From positions 1,679,148 through 1,743,147 of the forward strand of contig BFEA01000030.1 in assembly GCA_003427395.1 (NCBI GenBank): a stretch of DNA of 64,000 nucleotides, read 5' to 3'. Positions 35,445-48,595 of this stretch are shown here, piece after piece. Numbering within the stretch: position 1 is the first letter of the stretch; each line of letters begins with the position of its first letter. The notes below the pieces were generated by a model, which had not been told where the DNA came from, searched no databases, and saw only the letters and a list, made by a program, of their open reading frames with translations. The position numbers and the translations under genes were made by a program. Source of the stretch: Chara braunii. Lineage: Eukaryota > Plantae > Charophyceae.

Positions 35445-37856
35445 TCAAGATTGACTCTTAAGGCGGTAAGGGCCGATAATCCTAAAAGCACGTCGTGCAG
35501 TCCGGAGAGTTAGACACATTGGGACGACGTATGGCTTCCCGGCCGTATTCCTAAGAATAATCGATCGTCTCTTGAAGTCAAGATTGACTCTTAAGGCGGT
35601 AAGGGCCGATAATCCTAAAAGCACGTTGTAGGTATTTATATCTAATGCCACGACATCTCCCAACGCGTGAACTTTTCCTAACCGGAACGCAACATTCGTC
35701 ATTCTTCCTACCACTTTGATCTTTTCTTCGCCGGTCGAGACAAGGTGATCTCCTTCTGCTAACGGGATCAGATCCTTTCTTCTTCTGGCCCGTTCCACGA
35801 CCTTTAACGAAATGGCTAGGACCGCGGCCCCTGAATTGACGATAGCGTTGTACGGATTTCCCCAAACTTCTACGTCACATTCTGCAGATTTCCACGGAAT
35901 GACCTCAATGCGAAGGAAATGATCATCTTTCTGAATGAGTCTTAACCATATCAGGTCCGAGGTGTTGGGGACATCGGGTTTATCTTCGCAGGCGGGGGTT
36001 TTCCCCTTCATGGCTGATTGTTTAGCAAGGGCGAACCGTTTACGGTTTGCCTTGCAATGTTGTAGCATTCGTTCATTCGCCTGTTCCGATATGGACAGTA
36101 GGTGCCCGATGGACAGGGGGATCCGATGATCTAGGGCTCGCACGATGTTCAGGACATCGATTTCTCCTGTAACGAAGGTAGGGCCGCCCGATTCCGTTTC
36201 TCCAGGGGATGGTCTTCATTTCGCTATTTCTCGTTGTTCGTTCGTTGGTCGGATGGTTCCAATCATTCTCATCCCTGGGTAACCCATCGGGATATATTGA
36301 TCGAGCGGGATGAGTTTTGTAGCTTCCTCGGTGGTAATTATCGTGCTTCCCCCTCCCTTCGTTTCTTCGAGCATCGTGCCTACTCTTTCTGGCCCGTTGG
36401 CTACTGGCGCTGCTGCCACAGGGGCGACCCGTACCCGTATTTGGGTTGGTCTGTTGGGGCAGTCCCTGGCTAGGTGACCGGGTTGGTGACACGTGTAGTA
36501 GATGCCTAGATTAGCCACCGCGCCGCCCACCGCCTGAGCGGGGGCTGCTGCTTGTGCCATGGGTGCGGCTCGAACAGCAATAGGGCGCATCGATCTCATC
36601 ATAGACTCTATCCGGGCATTGTGCTCATGTTGTTCCTTGTTGCTCTCTTGCATCAGGCTAACTAACGTCCGGGTCAGCTCCAGTATTGAGTTTGGCTCAC
36701 TTGGTTTCGTGGGAGGTTCCTGGGGAGGCGCAGGTGGGGGAGGTGTGGGGCGACCATCACGGGCAACCCCGTGGTTGTGTCAGGTATCATTCTTAGATAA
36801 GTAACAGGGCTGGAGACAAAGACCATGTTTTCAAATTTGTTTTGGAGCGCAGCTAATTTGGTCGTCGCTCAGGCTAATTCTGAAGAGTCTCCTTCCTTGG
36901 CGTGGTCCTCCCCTTCTAGGAAGCTAGCAGCGAACTTTCTCTCCATCTCTTCTGCAGCGTCCATGATTTGTTGCATAGTGTGGTTGATGGGGGAGAACTG
37001 CTTTCACAACTTGACCCTCATTGTTCGACTTCAGGGCCCATCGATAAACAAATCCCTCCCGACATTTTCGCCTCGTAATGACTTAACAAACAACCTATAG
37101 AGCCTGTTGCGGTATTCAACGACAAATTTGGGAAAGTGGCGGTAGAGTCTTAGGTCAAAACTGAGATCTCCTGTGACAAATTTTAGAGATTGCGAAAGTT
37201 AGGTGAATAGGTGTGGATCGGGTTTTAGGCTTCTGAAGGCGGAGCTATCGTCTCTGTTGAGTCCGTTGCCTGGGTCGGTCTCGTATTCGGTGGATCGTCG
37301 GGACGCTATGGCTATCTCATTGGTTGACCACTTGTCGACGTCTAATGTCGCAGGTCTCGGAGTCAGACGCGGCCGGTCTCAGCCGAAGGCTGTGTGCCCG
37401 TCGCTCCTCCTCCGAGCGGGTTCGCTGGATGAAGCCGGAAGCTCGGTACTCGTGGTCCTGCAGGCACTCCGAGCACGGGGGTTGGGGCCAATAGGGGGCG
37501 ATGACGAGCCAGGGCACGATGGTCAGGGAGTGATGGGGTAGGATGCGATGAAAGGGAGGGAACCCGGTTCCTACGATAACGATCCCGGGTTTCGTGACGA
37601 CGTGACACGTGTGTGCGCTAGAGTAGTGGAGGAGATAGGGAATACGTCCCAAGGCCTGATCGAGATCCCACTCGCAGATTCGTTCGTTCCCCGTTAAGTA
37701 AGGGAAGTTCGAGGGTTCCGCCCTGGGTCGTGCAGACAAGCGAGAGTGCTCCCAATATCCCCGAAATTCCCGATCCCTCAAACACTCACTGTAAGTGATG
37801 TAAGCTGGGGCGTCAAAATTCATGCTGCAAGTTGGGGTGGAACGCCGACCATTCAA
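35445..37856 (-). pseudogene. Ty3 gag (CCHC knuckle) and aspartic protease, degenerate
   Basis: YTCHQPGHLARDCP knuckle in 36216-36653. Protease AIVNSGA (catalytic D changed to N) and YNVLLGL in 35445-36143. The gag start is uncertain. Confidence 0.8.
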
Positions 37857-38391
37857 GATTTAGCCGATCTCAGGGTTCGTGGAAGCGCGTGTAGGCAACG
37901 ATCGTCTCCGACCGAGCTTACACGTGTATACGCGAGCCTTGTCCTTCGGTCAGAAGGGCGGAAGCCAGTGGCTCGCAATACAGATCATCCTATAGTGAGA
38001 CAACCTTTCAATAGCCTATTATGCCTATCCAATTTATGCACAAGCAGGATTACGCTTATCATCCATGCATCTAGTTTTTAATCGAGGTTCATGCAACACT
38101 TCCTTGGCCCATCAGTCCGAAATCACGCAAGGGTCAATCATCGGGGATCAATCAATTACACCCATCAAAGGACAGAGAAGGGGAGGGGAGGAAGACAACT
38201 ATTCATCGACACCCGAGGAGAGCAAATGAAAACATACACGTCAACAGAAAAGAGCAAATGACAAGTCTGAATGCCGATCCAGAGAAGGAAAAAGAGGGGC
38301 GACTCACGCCGAATACCAAAATTGCTCAAAAGGAAAGAAGAAGAATCAAAATGGCTTAGAGGGATAGAAGAAGAAGCTCATTGCACACTTC

Positions 38392-38449
<58 letters not shown>

Positions 38450-38569
38450 NNNNNNNNNNNNNNNNNNNNNNNNNNNNNNNNNNNNNNNNNNNNNNNNNNN
38501 NNNNNNNNNNNNNNNNNNNNNNNNNNNNNNNNNNNNNNNNNNNNNNNNNNNNNNNNNNNNNTCTCTCTC

Positions 38570-39570
38570 TCTCTCATCTCTCTCTCATCACTCTGATGCG
38601 GGCAGTCCGTCGCCTCGCACCCACACAGAGTTGTCACCCCGCTTGATCCAAGCATGCCAGCCAGGTTCGCCCGTGTGCCACAGTCCGTCGCGGCCCCACG
38701 TCAACCCCGCACGCTCAGCATCAGCTCGTCGGATAGCCCAACTCTCTACTCACCTGCCAGCTTTCACTCGTTAGCCGATCCTCTCGACTGCACTAACTTC
38801 CAAAAATGCTTAGAGAGCGAGTTAATCACGCTTACAAAATTTATAGCATGCATGCATGTGCGCGTGATACCCCGGATTGTGTCTGAGTACGGGGAAGAAG
38901 GAGGAACCAGGCCGCGACATGGGGAACGTGGCCTCACTCCACACATCGATCCGGTCATGCACGCGTTCAGGCCAATAGGACAGAGGACGAAGTACACGCG
39001 CACGGGAGCGCCGCAAAAGATACCAAGACTCTTAAGAGCGAGGGAATTACAGTTGCAATTATGCCCACCAAAACAAAATTTACAGTTACACTAGGGATTA
39101 AGGCGCGGAGAAATCAGAGCACAGATCTTGACGCGGCATGGTGTGCGCAAGCAAGAAGCGTTGTGCCGCAGAAATGGAGGCGTGCCTAAATTCCTAATTC
39201 TAATTCCTAGTTGTAAAAAGAAATTCCGAATCGAAGCGATTTCCGAGAGCCCGGGGGGCCTCGGCATTAGATGAAAATTCAAAAACATTTTCCCGCGCGA
39301 TAATCGCGCCAAAAATTCCCCATTCCCCACAGCAGAACAAGAAAGAAGCTATGGCAACAGTTATTCGTCGCGCTCGCTAAGGCGCAATCAACTACCAACC
39401 GTCACGGGACCAGGCCGCACCCCCCCCCCTTTTCCCAAAGAACGTGAAAGCACAAGGACGCGTAAGGGAAGGGCATCCACACAATTCACCAGGCCATCCC
39501 AACTCAACTCGTCACTCCCGACGTAGCCTCGCGCAAAAGATCGCGCAGTTGCAGAAAGTGGTTCGTCACA
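38570..39570 (-). repeat. 5' LTR/terminal region of the Ty3 element with a candidate TATA box
   Basis: Begins TGTGACG on minus at 39570. GCTATAAATTTT on minus near 38836-38848 is conserved in the homologous copy at ~63674. The inner boundary and PBS were not found. Confidence 0.75.
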
Positions 39571-39574
39571 ACAC

Positions 39575-40668
39575 TGCATTATTTGCTACTGCAGCGCTCT
39601 ACAGGACGTGGGCATGATGTGCACATAGGTGCTCCATGGGATCTCTAGAAGGGCCGAGTCAGGTAGTGGGGAGTCTCTCTTCCAACGGTGTGGACTACCT
39701 GGGTGGTCGGGTGGGACTTGTGGGCGAACTTGTATCCCTCTCGCACCGTATCTTGCCATATGGGGTGGAGTTCCCTCCTCCCCATTCCCACTCTTCCGGG
39801 TCGAAGGGCAGTGCACAGATCGGGGATGAAATTTCATACACACAGTAGCCCGTGTCGTCTGTCCCCACCACTCTAATCCTGGTAAGGTGGGTCTCAAAGA
39901 GCTCGCAGTCGAGGTCTGGGTACTTCTAGCAGCTGGCGTGTCAGGTTCATATGCTTGCAGCTTTGCCCCACCTGCAGCGATGCAGATGGTCATAGGGATG
40001 GGGTTTTGGTCAGCCTTTATGACCCCTGCTGGAGGCCCTGTTTTAAGGGCATTCACCCACTCGGGAGAGATTGACGAGTGGACGAGGTCCAACTTCTCCC
40101 TACAGTGCCTGACGTGTTTTAGGTTGGCTTGCAATTGGTGTGGAGATTTCTACTCCCCTCTGTCGCTGTGCCAAAGGTGGCCCAGTATAAACAGGCCATT
40201 CTTTACCCAGTTCAACCAGTGGGAGTTGGTGGAGAGGGGTAGTGGTCGGTCGTTGTCATCCCGGATATGGGGGTTCCCAAACAGCAGGACTTCATGCCAT
40301 CTGGAGGGAGGGGTTTTCTTAGCTGGCCCCATCTCCCTCCGGAGATGATGGCCTGGAGGCCCATAGGGGGTTGTGTTTGAGATCACATATCACCCTGTTG
40401 TGTTGGGACGCATCCCTTCTCTGCCGTGGCTGGCTCGGTACCGAGCAGGCTGTGTTTGCTAGCCAAGAGATTGGGTGCACCGGGTGGAGCAGATAGGACA
40501 GCTGGATGTATGCCAATGGCAGCCCCGGAACATCTGTCACCATCAAGATCCGCCAATAGATGGAGCCTTCAATCCGCCAATAGATGGAGCCTTCAATGTC
40601 GGGACCCACTTAACGGGGCTGCTCTTATCACCTCGTTAAGTGGGCTTTCCTGCATATGACGTTTTCTC

Positions 40669-40699
<31 letters not shown>

Positions 40700-41250
40700 T
40701 CCGGATGATGACTTTAAACAGCAATGCTTTGATGCTTTGATCTCGTCCCCCGGATCTAAAATGGCTAGGCCTCCTATCCTCTTGGACTGGGTGATATATT
40801 TCCATGCCATCCTTTTGGTACAGTGTATCTGCTTATGGTCGTTTCTCCACAGGTCTAGGGCCGGGTGGAGTTCAGCGAGCAGGTTTTTTGGGATTCCCAA
40901 AATGCTGTTTTGTACCATATGGTGGCGAGGACAGCATTGTTGATGGCAAGGGCCCTTCCAACCAAGGAGGTATGCAATCCATCCGAAAATGGACTCTGGA
41001 TAGGAGTGGATCCAGTCTCCAGCAGGGGCTCAGCCCCAATGGCAAAGAGGACCGGATTACGTGCACGAATCTGGATGTTTTATGCAGAGATGCAGAAAAG
41101 CAGATCAATTGTGATTTCGGCACCTCTCCACCAGCAAGTACAGATTCAGCCATTAGATCCAGCCCTCTTTGCTACTGGGACTGTGACCTATGTGAAGCTC
41201 CCCACCAATGGACTGGAGCAAGTTGTTGAAAAAAGATGAACAGCTTGCCC
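39575..41250 (-). mobile_element. L1-clade LINE ORF2 fragment (post-RT region), degenerate
   Basis: SLVGRALAINNAVLATIWYK, MAWKYITQSKRIGGLAILDP, LLFGNPHIRD...WLNWVKNGLFILGHLW and PEWVNALKTGP parallel the LINE at 878-2097. Confidence 0.85.
40553..40697 (+). mobile_element. ~145-bp retroposed 3' end with poly(A) and 8-bp TSD AAGATCCG, antisense within the LINE
   Basis: AAGATCCG at 40545-40552 and 40696-40703; poly(A) at 40669-40697. Removing the insert restores ALLFKVIIRILMVTDV in the host LINE. Confidence 0.88.
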
Positions 41251-41338
41251 TTGTTGCCAAACAATTTCTTTTTCCCCTCTAAACTCTTTTTGTGAAAATG
41301 GAAAAGAAAAGAAACACACATAGGTTCTCCTTTCCTTT

Positions 41339-44300
41339 GGGTCTCGCTCCACTACCCTCCACTCTCAAGATTTGTCGAGTTTTGCGTCCCTCCACTAACT
41401 CTCCAAATTGGGCCCTGAAATTATCTTGGATTGTTGTCAGAGTGCACTCTTGAAAACCACTCTCGACGGTCGGAGAGCTCGCCACCTGCAATTTGAAAGG
41501 TCGTTACTTGTAAGGTCTACGATGAGCGCCCGAATTTGGAGAGCGGGCCTGCTGCGTCTGGGCGGACAAACGGGACTTTCAGCTGTCCTTTTGCGCTCTC
41601 AACCTGTGGAGAGTCCTTCCGCGGAGAGTAAGTGTGGAGCAGTGACAGGTTTTCCGCCGTATTGGAGAGTCTGACAGCTCTCCATGAACTGTCCGGATTT
41701 TTGAAGTCGAGAGTAGTGGAGCGAGAGCCTTTTTCTTCAAATTGCCGAAAAGAAGAAGAAAATTATTTGCCACATGCCTAAAAAAACTCAAAACATATTA
41801 GGAGAAAATCACTTCCAGTACAACATCCCAATCCCTTGCCAGCTAGTGCTTTTTTTTTTCTTTTTTTTTTTCCCACTAACAGTCCAACTGACATTTCAGT
41901 CATCTGCTTCTGCCACTGAAAGCGGAAGGTGGCCTGAGAGAGGGAAAAAAAAAAAAAAAAAAAGGTGGCCTGAGGAATGGCCCATAAAACCAAGCATCAG
42001 TTAGAGTGGGGACGGAACAGAAAAGGACAGATTGGCGGTGCTGACAATCCTGGCAAAGGTTCAAAATGGCATGGATAGAAAGGGCCTCTCCACACTTATC
42101 CCGAAAACGGGGTTTTCAGGAGGGGAAGCATCACCACACCTACTCTCCAAACCCATTGTCTTGAAAAAGTTGGATAGCGGTCAGAACGCGGTTGGAGAGA
42201 GCGCTCCTGAACTTTTCGGGAGTGCCCGCCTGCAAAGAGGCCGTTTTGGAGAGCGGTCTGAGACGTACCCGATTTCGGCCCGGATTTCGAGAGGGTGCCA
42301 CGACGGACAAGCGTTTTGTGATGTTTGGTTCAAGAGAACTCTCGAACCGAGGCCTCGGTCCACCACTCACCACATGCACAAAAGACAAAAAATATGGCGG
42401 TGTATCTTTCCATGGTCTAGCAGAAGATTCATTCTCATTTTGCACATTTGGTGAGTAGTGGAGCAAGGCCCTTGCACCGCCACACTGCACTCTCGAAAAA
42501 CGCCGGTAAACACGCCAGACTCTCTGACTGCTTTGAAGCAATGCTTGCAGAGGTATGGTGAGCTGTCGGAGGCTGCAGTGAATTGGAATAAATCTATCTA
42601 TTACTTACCGGCAGATTTTCAGCTATCTGTGAATTGGGGGATGAAGCGGGTCCCCGAAGGTGATGCTGAACGGTATCTTGGGATTCAGCTGGCACTGGGG
42701 GATTGCTCTGAGCCTCAGACAGACAATCATTCTGCAAGAGAAAGTGAAAGGACAGATTCAGAGCTGGGGCAAGGCCCCCCATCTTTCTCTGATTGGTAGA
42801 GTGCTGGCAGTTACAGTGGCAGCCTTTTCCATCTTGTGGTATGTGGCGAAGGTTAGGCGGCTGGTGAAGCCCCTGTTGAAGGAGGTGAAGTCTGCAGCCA
42901 GGAGATTTATTTGGAAGCCCAACGCAAAGGAAGATGAAGGGTATATTTCAAAAGTGGCGTGGGAGACGTTATGTGCACCTCGAGAAAAAGGAGGCCTGGG
43001 ACTGCTAGACCCTGACTCCCAGAACCTGAAGCTGCTGTCTTCATGGGTAATTAAGGTGGCGGAGGCAGATCAGAAATCGGACTGGTGCTTGCTGGCGGAG
43101 GAACTCCTCTGTGAACAGTGGGCTTTATCGAGAAGCTCTGATGTCTGGGTGGCCATCATGATACAGTCCTTCCTCTCTAAACGTATTAAGTCTAAGTTTT
43201 GGCAAGATATCATCAGCGCCTGGAAGAGCTGCAGACCTGATCAGCGAAAGGATCCTGAGTCAAAGGAAGATGTTTTGGGCAGCACCTGTTCGAGAACCCG
43301 AAGCTGTGCGATGCAACCGGAACACCCTTCAGTGTGAATACGCAGCCAGGCTCGTATGGGATGAAATGGATACAGCGGGGCGTGTCCACAGTACAGGATC
43401 TTTGGGACGAGAACATGGGCCAGTGGAGAAGTACAGAGGAGATCAAGTCCAAACTGGGAAGACTCACTAATCAGGAAGAGCGCCAGTATGAAATCAAGAG
43501 TGCAATTCCGGATGATTGGGCTCACCTTTTGAGCCCTGAACAGATTCCAGCCTTGGGGACCTGGTTCAGAAGAAGGGATGAGCCACAGGAAGAATTCCTG
43601 AGACTGGATGAGTGGGATTCCACAGTCCCAGTCCACATAAGAGCGGTGCCGGGGCTTCCAGAATTGAAGGAGATAGCTACGGTTGTCAATTATGGGGTTA
43701 CAAACCTCCTGGAAATTCGAGTAGCAGGAATGGATGCACATGGCTCACAGGGACCAGCATCAGGCAAGCTGCTGGCAGGTGGAACGCCTCGTTCCGTCCA
43801 AGGACTGGATCTACAGGTTTGGGGATGGCAAGCAGCAGAAAGTGTTACCTGGGGTCTCGATAATCAGAAAGGTGGGAGGCGGAGGAAGGAAATCAAAAGG
43901 GAAGAGGGGATTCATAAGGAGGTCTCTGATAAATGGGAAAAAAAATTCCCCCATTTAGACCCTCCCTCAGAAAGGGAGCTGAAAACACTGTGGAAACAGC
44001 TAAAGCAGCTGCCATCCCAGAAGCTTTCATCACTACTGTGGCTCCAGTCCCATCAAGCTATTCCTGTTGCTGGATGGTTAAGAAGCAGAGGCATGATAGT
44101 GAAAGAAGTGTGCAACCGGTGTTTGTGGGTGTTTGAGACACTTCACCATCTGTGGTGGGCATGCCCAAAGTCGCGCAAGTGGTGGGATTGGTGGTTTGCA
44201 CACTGGAAGTTCTGGTCTGGAAGGGATGACTTCGCAGGAGAAAGATGGGTTCTCCTAGGCAGCCTTCCGGAAGGCCTTTCTTCAGAAAGGGGTTGGGGGT

Positions 44301-45962
44301 ATGTGGCACAAATATGCAGAGCTGTCATGTTATGGATTATTTGGACCGATCGGAACGAATTACGGTTCAAAGGGCGCGGGCTGCAGGAAGGACATGCGGA
44401 TCGTCTGTTTAAGAATCTCCTGAAGGATGAGATTCGTGCGGACTGGCATCGAAAAGCTAAGTGCGGCAGGAGTATGGAAGGGTCGCGCTGGTTCAGGAGC
44501 ACCTGGTGCCAGAAGGAGAGAGTGTTGAACGTCTCCAGAGAGGGTTTATTGCTGTTCTCAAGTTGGTGGGATAGAGTAGGCTAGGAGCATATAGGGTAGG
44601 ATAGTTTGGGTGATGATGGGATTTTTCTTGGTTTGTGTGGATTTTGGGGCCACGATTGGCACTTTTGTTTCAAATACCAGGGCACTCGGTTCGATCAAGG
44701 GTCGCAGTAGACCAGGAGGGGAGGAGGGCGGTAGAGTGCTATAGGGCCATGGGAGCCGAGTGCTCCAGTCGGTCGGATTGGCCCGATTTCAGGCCGTCTT
44801 TAGGCCTGTGTCTAAATAGGAAGGGAAGGGCTGGATTTTCAAAAGGCTACGAGGGCATCCTTCTTAAATAAGGGGGGCTCACTCCACTAAACACTCTAGT
44901 ACATGCATTTGGACACTTCTTGACCAACTGCGGGCGGACAAGTAAAACATTTTTCATGTATAGGGTCCAGAAAACGTCCAAATGTATGTGGAGTGTTATG
45001 CGGTGGAGCAAGGCCCAAGCACTTTCCTTGATGTATCCCCTGTCCAGCCGTAAACAAGATCAGGAGTAAAAAAAAAACAAATCAGGTTTGGGGCTTCGCT
45101 CCACTACTCACCACATGCACAAAATACAAACTCTGGCAGTCTATCTTTCCATGTTCTAGCACGAGATTCATTTGCATTTTGCACATTTGGTGAGACAAAC
45201 TCTGGCACCGTGTATTTCCATGTTCTAGCACAAGATTCATTACCATTTTGCACATTTGGTGAGCAGTGAAGCGAGGCCCTTAATTGAAAACGTCGACGTC
45301 CAGGCGTGTGTATATTCTGCACGGTCAATTGGCCTCTTATGGCTCCCTCTCTACTGAAGTGCAATAGCACACCTTCCTGAAGATTCTGCCGAGCGAGCGG
45401 ATGAAACCGGTAGAGGGATTTTCTCTGTCGATGGTATAGGGAGAACTGGCTATGGTGACATGCTCATGTGTTGTGTGCGAAGTGAGAACTCATAGTCCTG
45501 TATGAAGGTTGAACTCAAGAGGGCAATATTTTCTCTTCCATGCCTGCCAGACTTGTCATTTTGAGTTTGTTCTAAGAGACTGTGCTGACTTCTGAGTGTG
45601 CATGATACGAGGGCTTGTCACTGTGTCTCCTGACAGACTGTTGCCGCAGTCTGCCTTGCTCCCTCTCCACTACACAACACTGTACATGCATTTGGATGCT
45701 TTCTGGACTTGATGCATTCCAAATGTTGGACTCCTCCAAACTCACCTGGTCAAGAAAGCGGTCGAAATCCATGTATGAGTGTTCAGTAGTGGAGTGAGAC
45801 CCTATACCATGATCATCCTTCCCATAAACTGCCTCACTCCACTACTCGCCACAAGCACAAAAGACAAAATATATGTGACACGGATGACAGTGTATCTTTA
45901 CGTGTTCTAGCAGAAGATTCTTTCTTATTTTGCACATTTGGTGAGTAGCAGAGCCAGGACCC
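41339..45962. mobile_element. Cluster of six Tourist-like (PIF/Harbinger) MITEs: 41339-41729, 42350-42471, 44873-45016, 45091-45279, ~45655-45802, 45831-45962
   Basis: All share variants of the terminal inverted repeat GGG(C/T)CTCGCTCCACTAC...GTAGTGGAGCGAGGCCC, with at least three different interiors. TSDs are mostly unclear. Confidence 0.7.
42520..44870 (+). mobile_element. L1-clade LINE, 5'-truncated: end of RT, post-RT region, C-terminal zinc-binding domain and 3' UTR
   Basis: VNWNKS, ERYLGIQL, LSLIGRVLAV, KVAWETLCAPREKGGLGL and CNRCLWVFETLHHLWWACP. Stop at 44584; two frameshifts. Confidence 0.92.
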
Positions 45963-47781
45963 AAAGTTGTATGCTTCCGAATTTCAGACCAAACTGCACA
46001 TTGATTACACTTGGGTACCAGTTACGGAAATGTATGATGAAGGGCCTTGCTTCACCAGACAGCATACTAAATGTATTCGGACCTGCTAGAGATCCGATAC
46101 ATTCAACATGTACGCTCAGTCGAAATGTATCTGGACAGGTTACCAGTGGATATGGGCCTGGCCGCCTGCAATCTGTCCTGATACATTCGAAAGCTTGGTG
46201 TTTGGCGAGTGGTACGGCGAGCCTCTATGTCTCATGGCTTTCACAAAAAAGAGGGACAACATTAGGTTGCGTCGACCCTGCCAGGTCTGGACACCGCCAT
46301 CCCAACTTGAACCCATGAGAAACTGAGGCATGGAATTGAAAGAATGCCATTAATTTTCATGGGCCCCTTGTGATATCCATCAAAATTGGAACGATACAGA
46401 GAAGATTGATTGACATGGTTCCTGCACAATGATGAGACGCATAAAGCGAGAAATGGTCCGAAAAGGAAAGAAAAGGATGGCAATTAATGCAAAGCAACCA
46501 TGCAGACAACCAAGGCAAAGAATCGGATAACCCAGATTCGCTTCGCTGTGATGACCCGACCTAACACGGACTCAGACACACAGCTGATTTCTGAGTTTTG
46601 CTCATGGACTGAATGCCTTGCCGAGTTTCCCGCTTGCTACTAAGTTATGCATGTCTGTGTGTGTGCACGCTTGCCGGTCTGCATGTCTGTCTGAGTGCTG
46701 GTTGGCTTGAGTGTGTGTGTCACCCGCAAGGGCACCTGTTCGTTCGTTGGGCCCTCAGGGCCGGTACTTACCTGTGGCTGTGACATTGAGGATTGCAGCG
46801 AGGGAAAACACTCAAGTGTGGGGGGAAGAGGCCCGCAACACTTGAAGCAGCGGGCAAACACTCAAGTAGCAGGTAGGCCGGTACCGCACCCTGAAGAGGT
46901 AGATGTGTGGGTACTGGAGGCCGAGCAGAAGAAGACAAAATTGGCATTTTGAGAGGCCCACTAGTTGTAGCCTAGGTCTAGGCGGGTACGACTCCAACCA
47001 GTCTGAGTCTAGGGCCTGTAGTGGCAATATCAGAGTCTGCAATGATGTTTCCTCCGAAAGGGAGGAGGTACCGGTTGCTTGGAAGGCCGAGCGGCCTGGA
47101 AGTCACCGCCCAAGAGGCAAGCAGGCCGCTATATCTCCAGGCCGGGCGAAGAGCCCAGCCTCATTGTCGGTGTGCAAATTTGGCAACACACTGGTTGGAG
47201 CGCTGGCTGGAGCACCGCTGCTGGGGAAGAAGCAAGGACACAGAGAAGGAAGAAGGACATGAGGAAAGGGAAGCACCAGAGGTACTTACCTGGCTATGGT
47301 GGCAGCCATCTTCATCACCTTGGTGGGCACTTCAGCAGGGAGACCCCAGCTGGAGTAAAGCTACACCAAGAAGCTTCGAGGCAGAGTCAGGCATGGCGGC
47401 CTGAGCTAGAGCAGAAATAGCTGCTTTGGGTTGTCCTTTGGGCATCAGGCCAAGACCTGGTAGTCCGCCATAGCCTTGGCCTATGAGAGTGAAGAGTGAG
47501 GGAGGCAGCCCTGGCTATGGTGGATCTTTTTTTTGTCTTTGTTTTTTTTTTTGTTGTTGTTGTTTTGGGACAAAAGCTCCAATCTATTCGTGGATCTCAA
47601 GTGATACTCACAGTAGACGAGGGATTTGGACATTGATTCTGGTTCAGCCATTCAACATTGTACTATTATTTCTTGTTTGAATAAGAGAGGAGGAATAAAG
47701 GAGGAGGAGAGTGTCTGGCAAAGAAGAAGAGCTTTATCATTTGTCTATGCTGGTATACATCATCTTCTTCTTCTTCTTCTT

Positions 47782-47813
<32 letters not shown>

Positions 47814-48595
47814 CCTCTCTCTCCTCTCAAGTTCATTCATTTCTTTCTGCAATTGGATGGCCTTGACTTGAAAACTCAAAATAGCCACAATGTCGCTTAG
47901 AGGATTACATCTCACAGTGTAAACCACATTGCACTCGTGCAGCGTGACTGCTCGCACATCAGACCTTCTACCTCTACACTGCTCAGACTGAGTAGGAGCG
48001 TCCGCTCCCTCCTAGTTATATCCCATCCTTGTGTGAGTGCACAACGCGCCGACCAGTACTCCTCCCTTCAGGTCGGGTACTGAATGCGTGCCTTACAGCA
48101 GGCCCTTCCTATTACCCTGAATGTCTCCCGAGATTCAGGTCGGGTTCATATCTCGTTCCTTTACCTTTAAATCGGATCAAATACCGTCCGGTATCCTTAA
48201 AAAAAAAATAAAACCTAGATCCTTGGGGAACCCATTGAGGCACGCAAACGTTTTCACGCCCTCTGTCTAGTTCCCCCTCAGTAGAAAAAATATCGAAAGA
48301 GAAAAAAAAAATTGTCCCTGTACCTGGTCGTCGGACCCAGTCACGTGATCTGCATCCATCTTCCAGAACCCGAGGCCTGTCGTGACAGACCAGAGATTTC
48401 TCCTGCTCGCTGAAAGTAACGTCGGGTATCCCCAGGAATTGGCAGGAACAAAAAATGCTTTCTTAGCATGAACCTGGCCTTAGGGCCTGGATACATGGTC
48501 TGCAGCAAGCTTCCAAGCCTTGGAGCCTGGCGAGATCCTCCCTTGATTTCACAGGAGGTTGCTCGTCGCGTTTCCGCATCGTCCGCCATCATGGA

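Larger units (their letters stand above)
30773..39570 (-). mobile_element. Ty3/Gypsy-type LTR retrotransposon, degenerate (gag-PR-RT-RH-PHD-partial IN, plus extra 3' coding-like region)
   Basis: The order PR-RT-RH-IN on minus is diagnostic of Ty3/Gypsy. Terminal direct repeats 39095-39570 and 30773-31236 both begin TGTGACGAACCAC on minus. Confidence 0.9.

Noticed and set aside
41347-45950. CACTA (En/Spm) elements, suggested by CACTAC...GTAGTG
   Set aside because: Inverted symmetry extends about 10 bp outside CACTA to GGG/CCC ends, which fits Tourist-like TIRs better.
46000-47500. Possible host exons or gag remnant
   Set aside because: No recognisable motif or sustained reading frame; left unannotated.
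48250-48281. Hammerhead ribozyme (minus strand CTGAGGG...GAAA)
   Set aside because: The core is not CUGANGA and stem II cannot form before GAAA. Kept only as a generic structure candidate.
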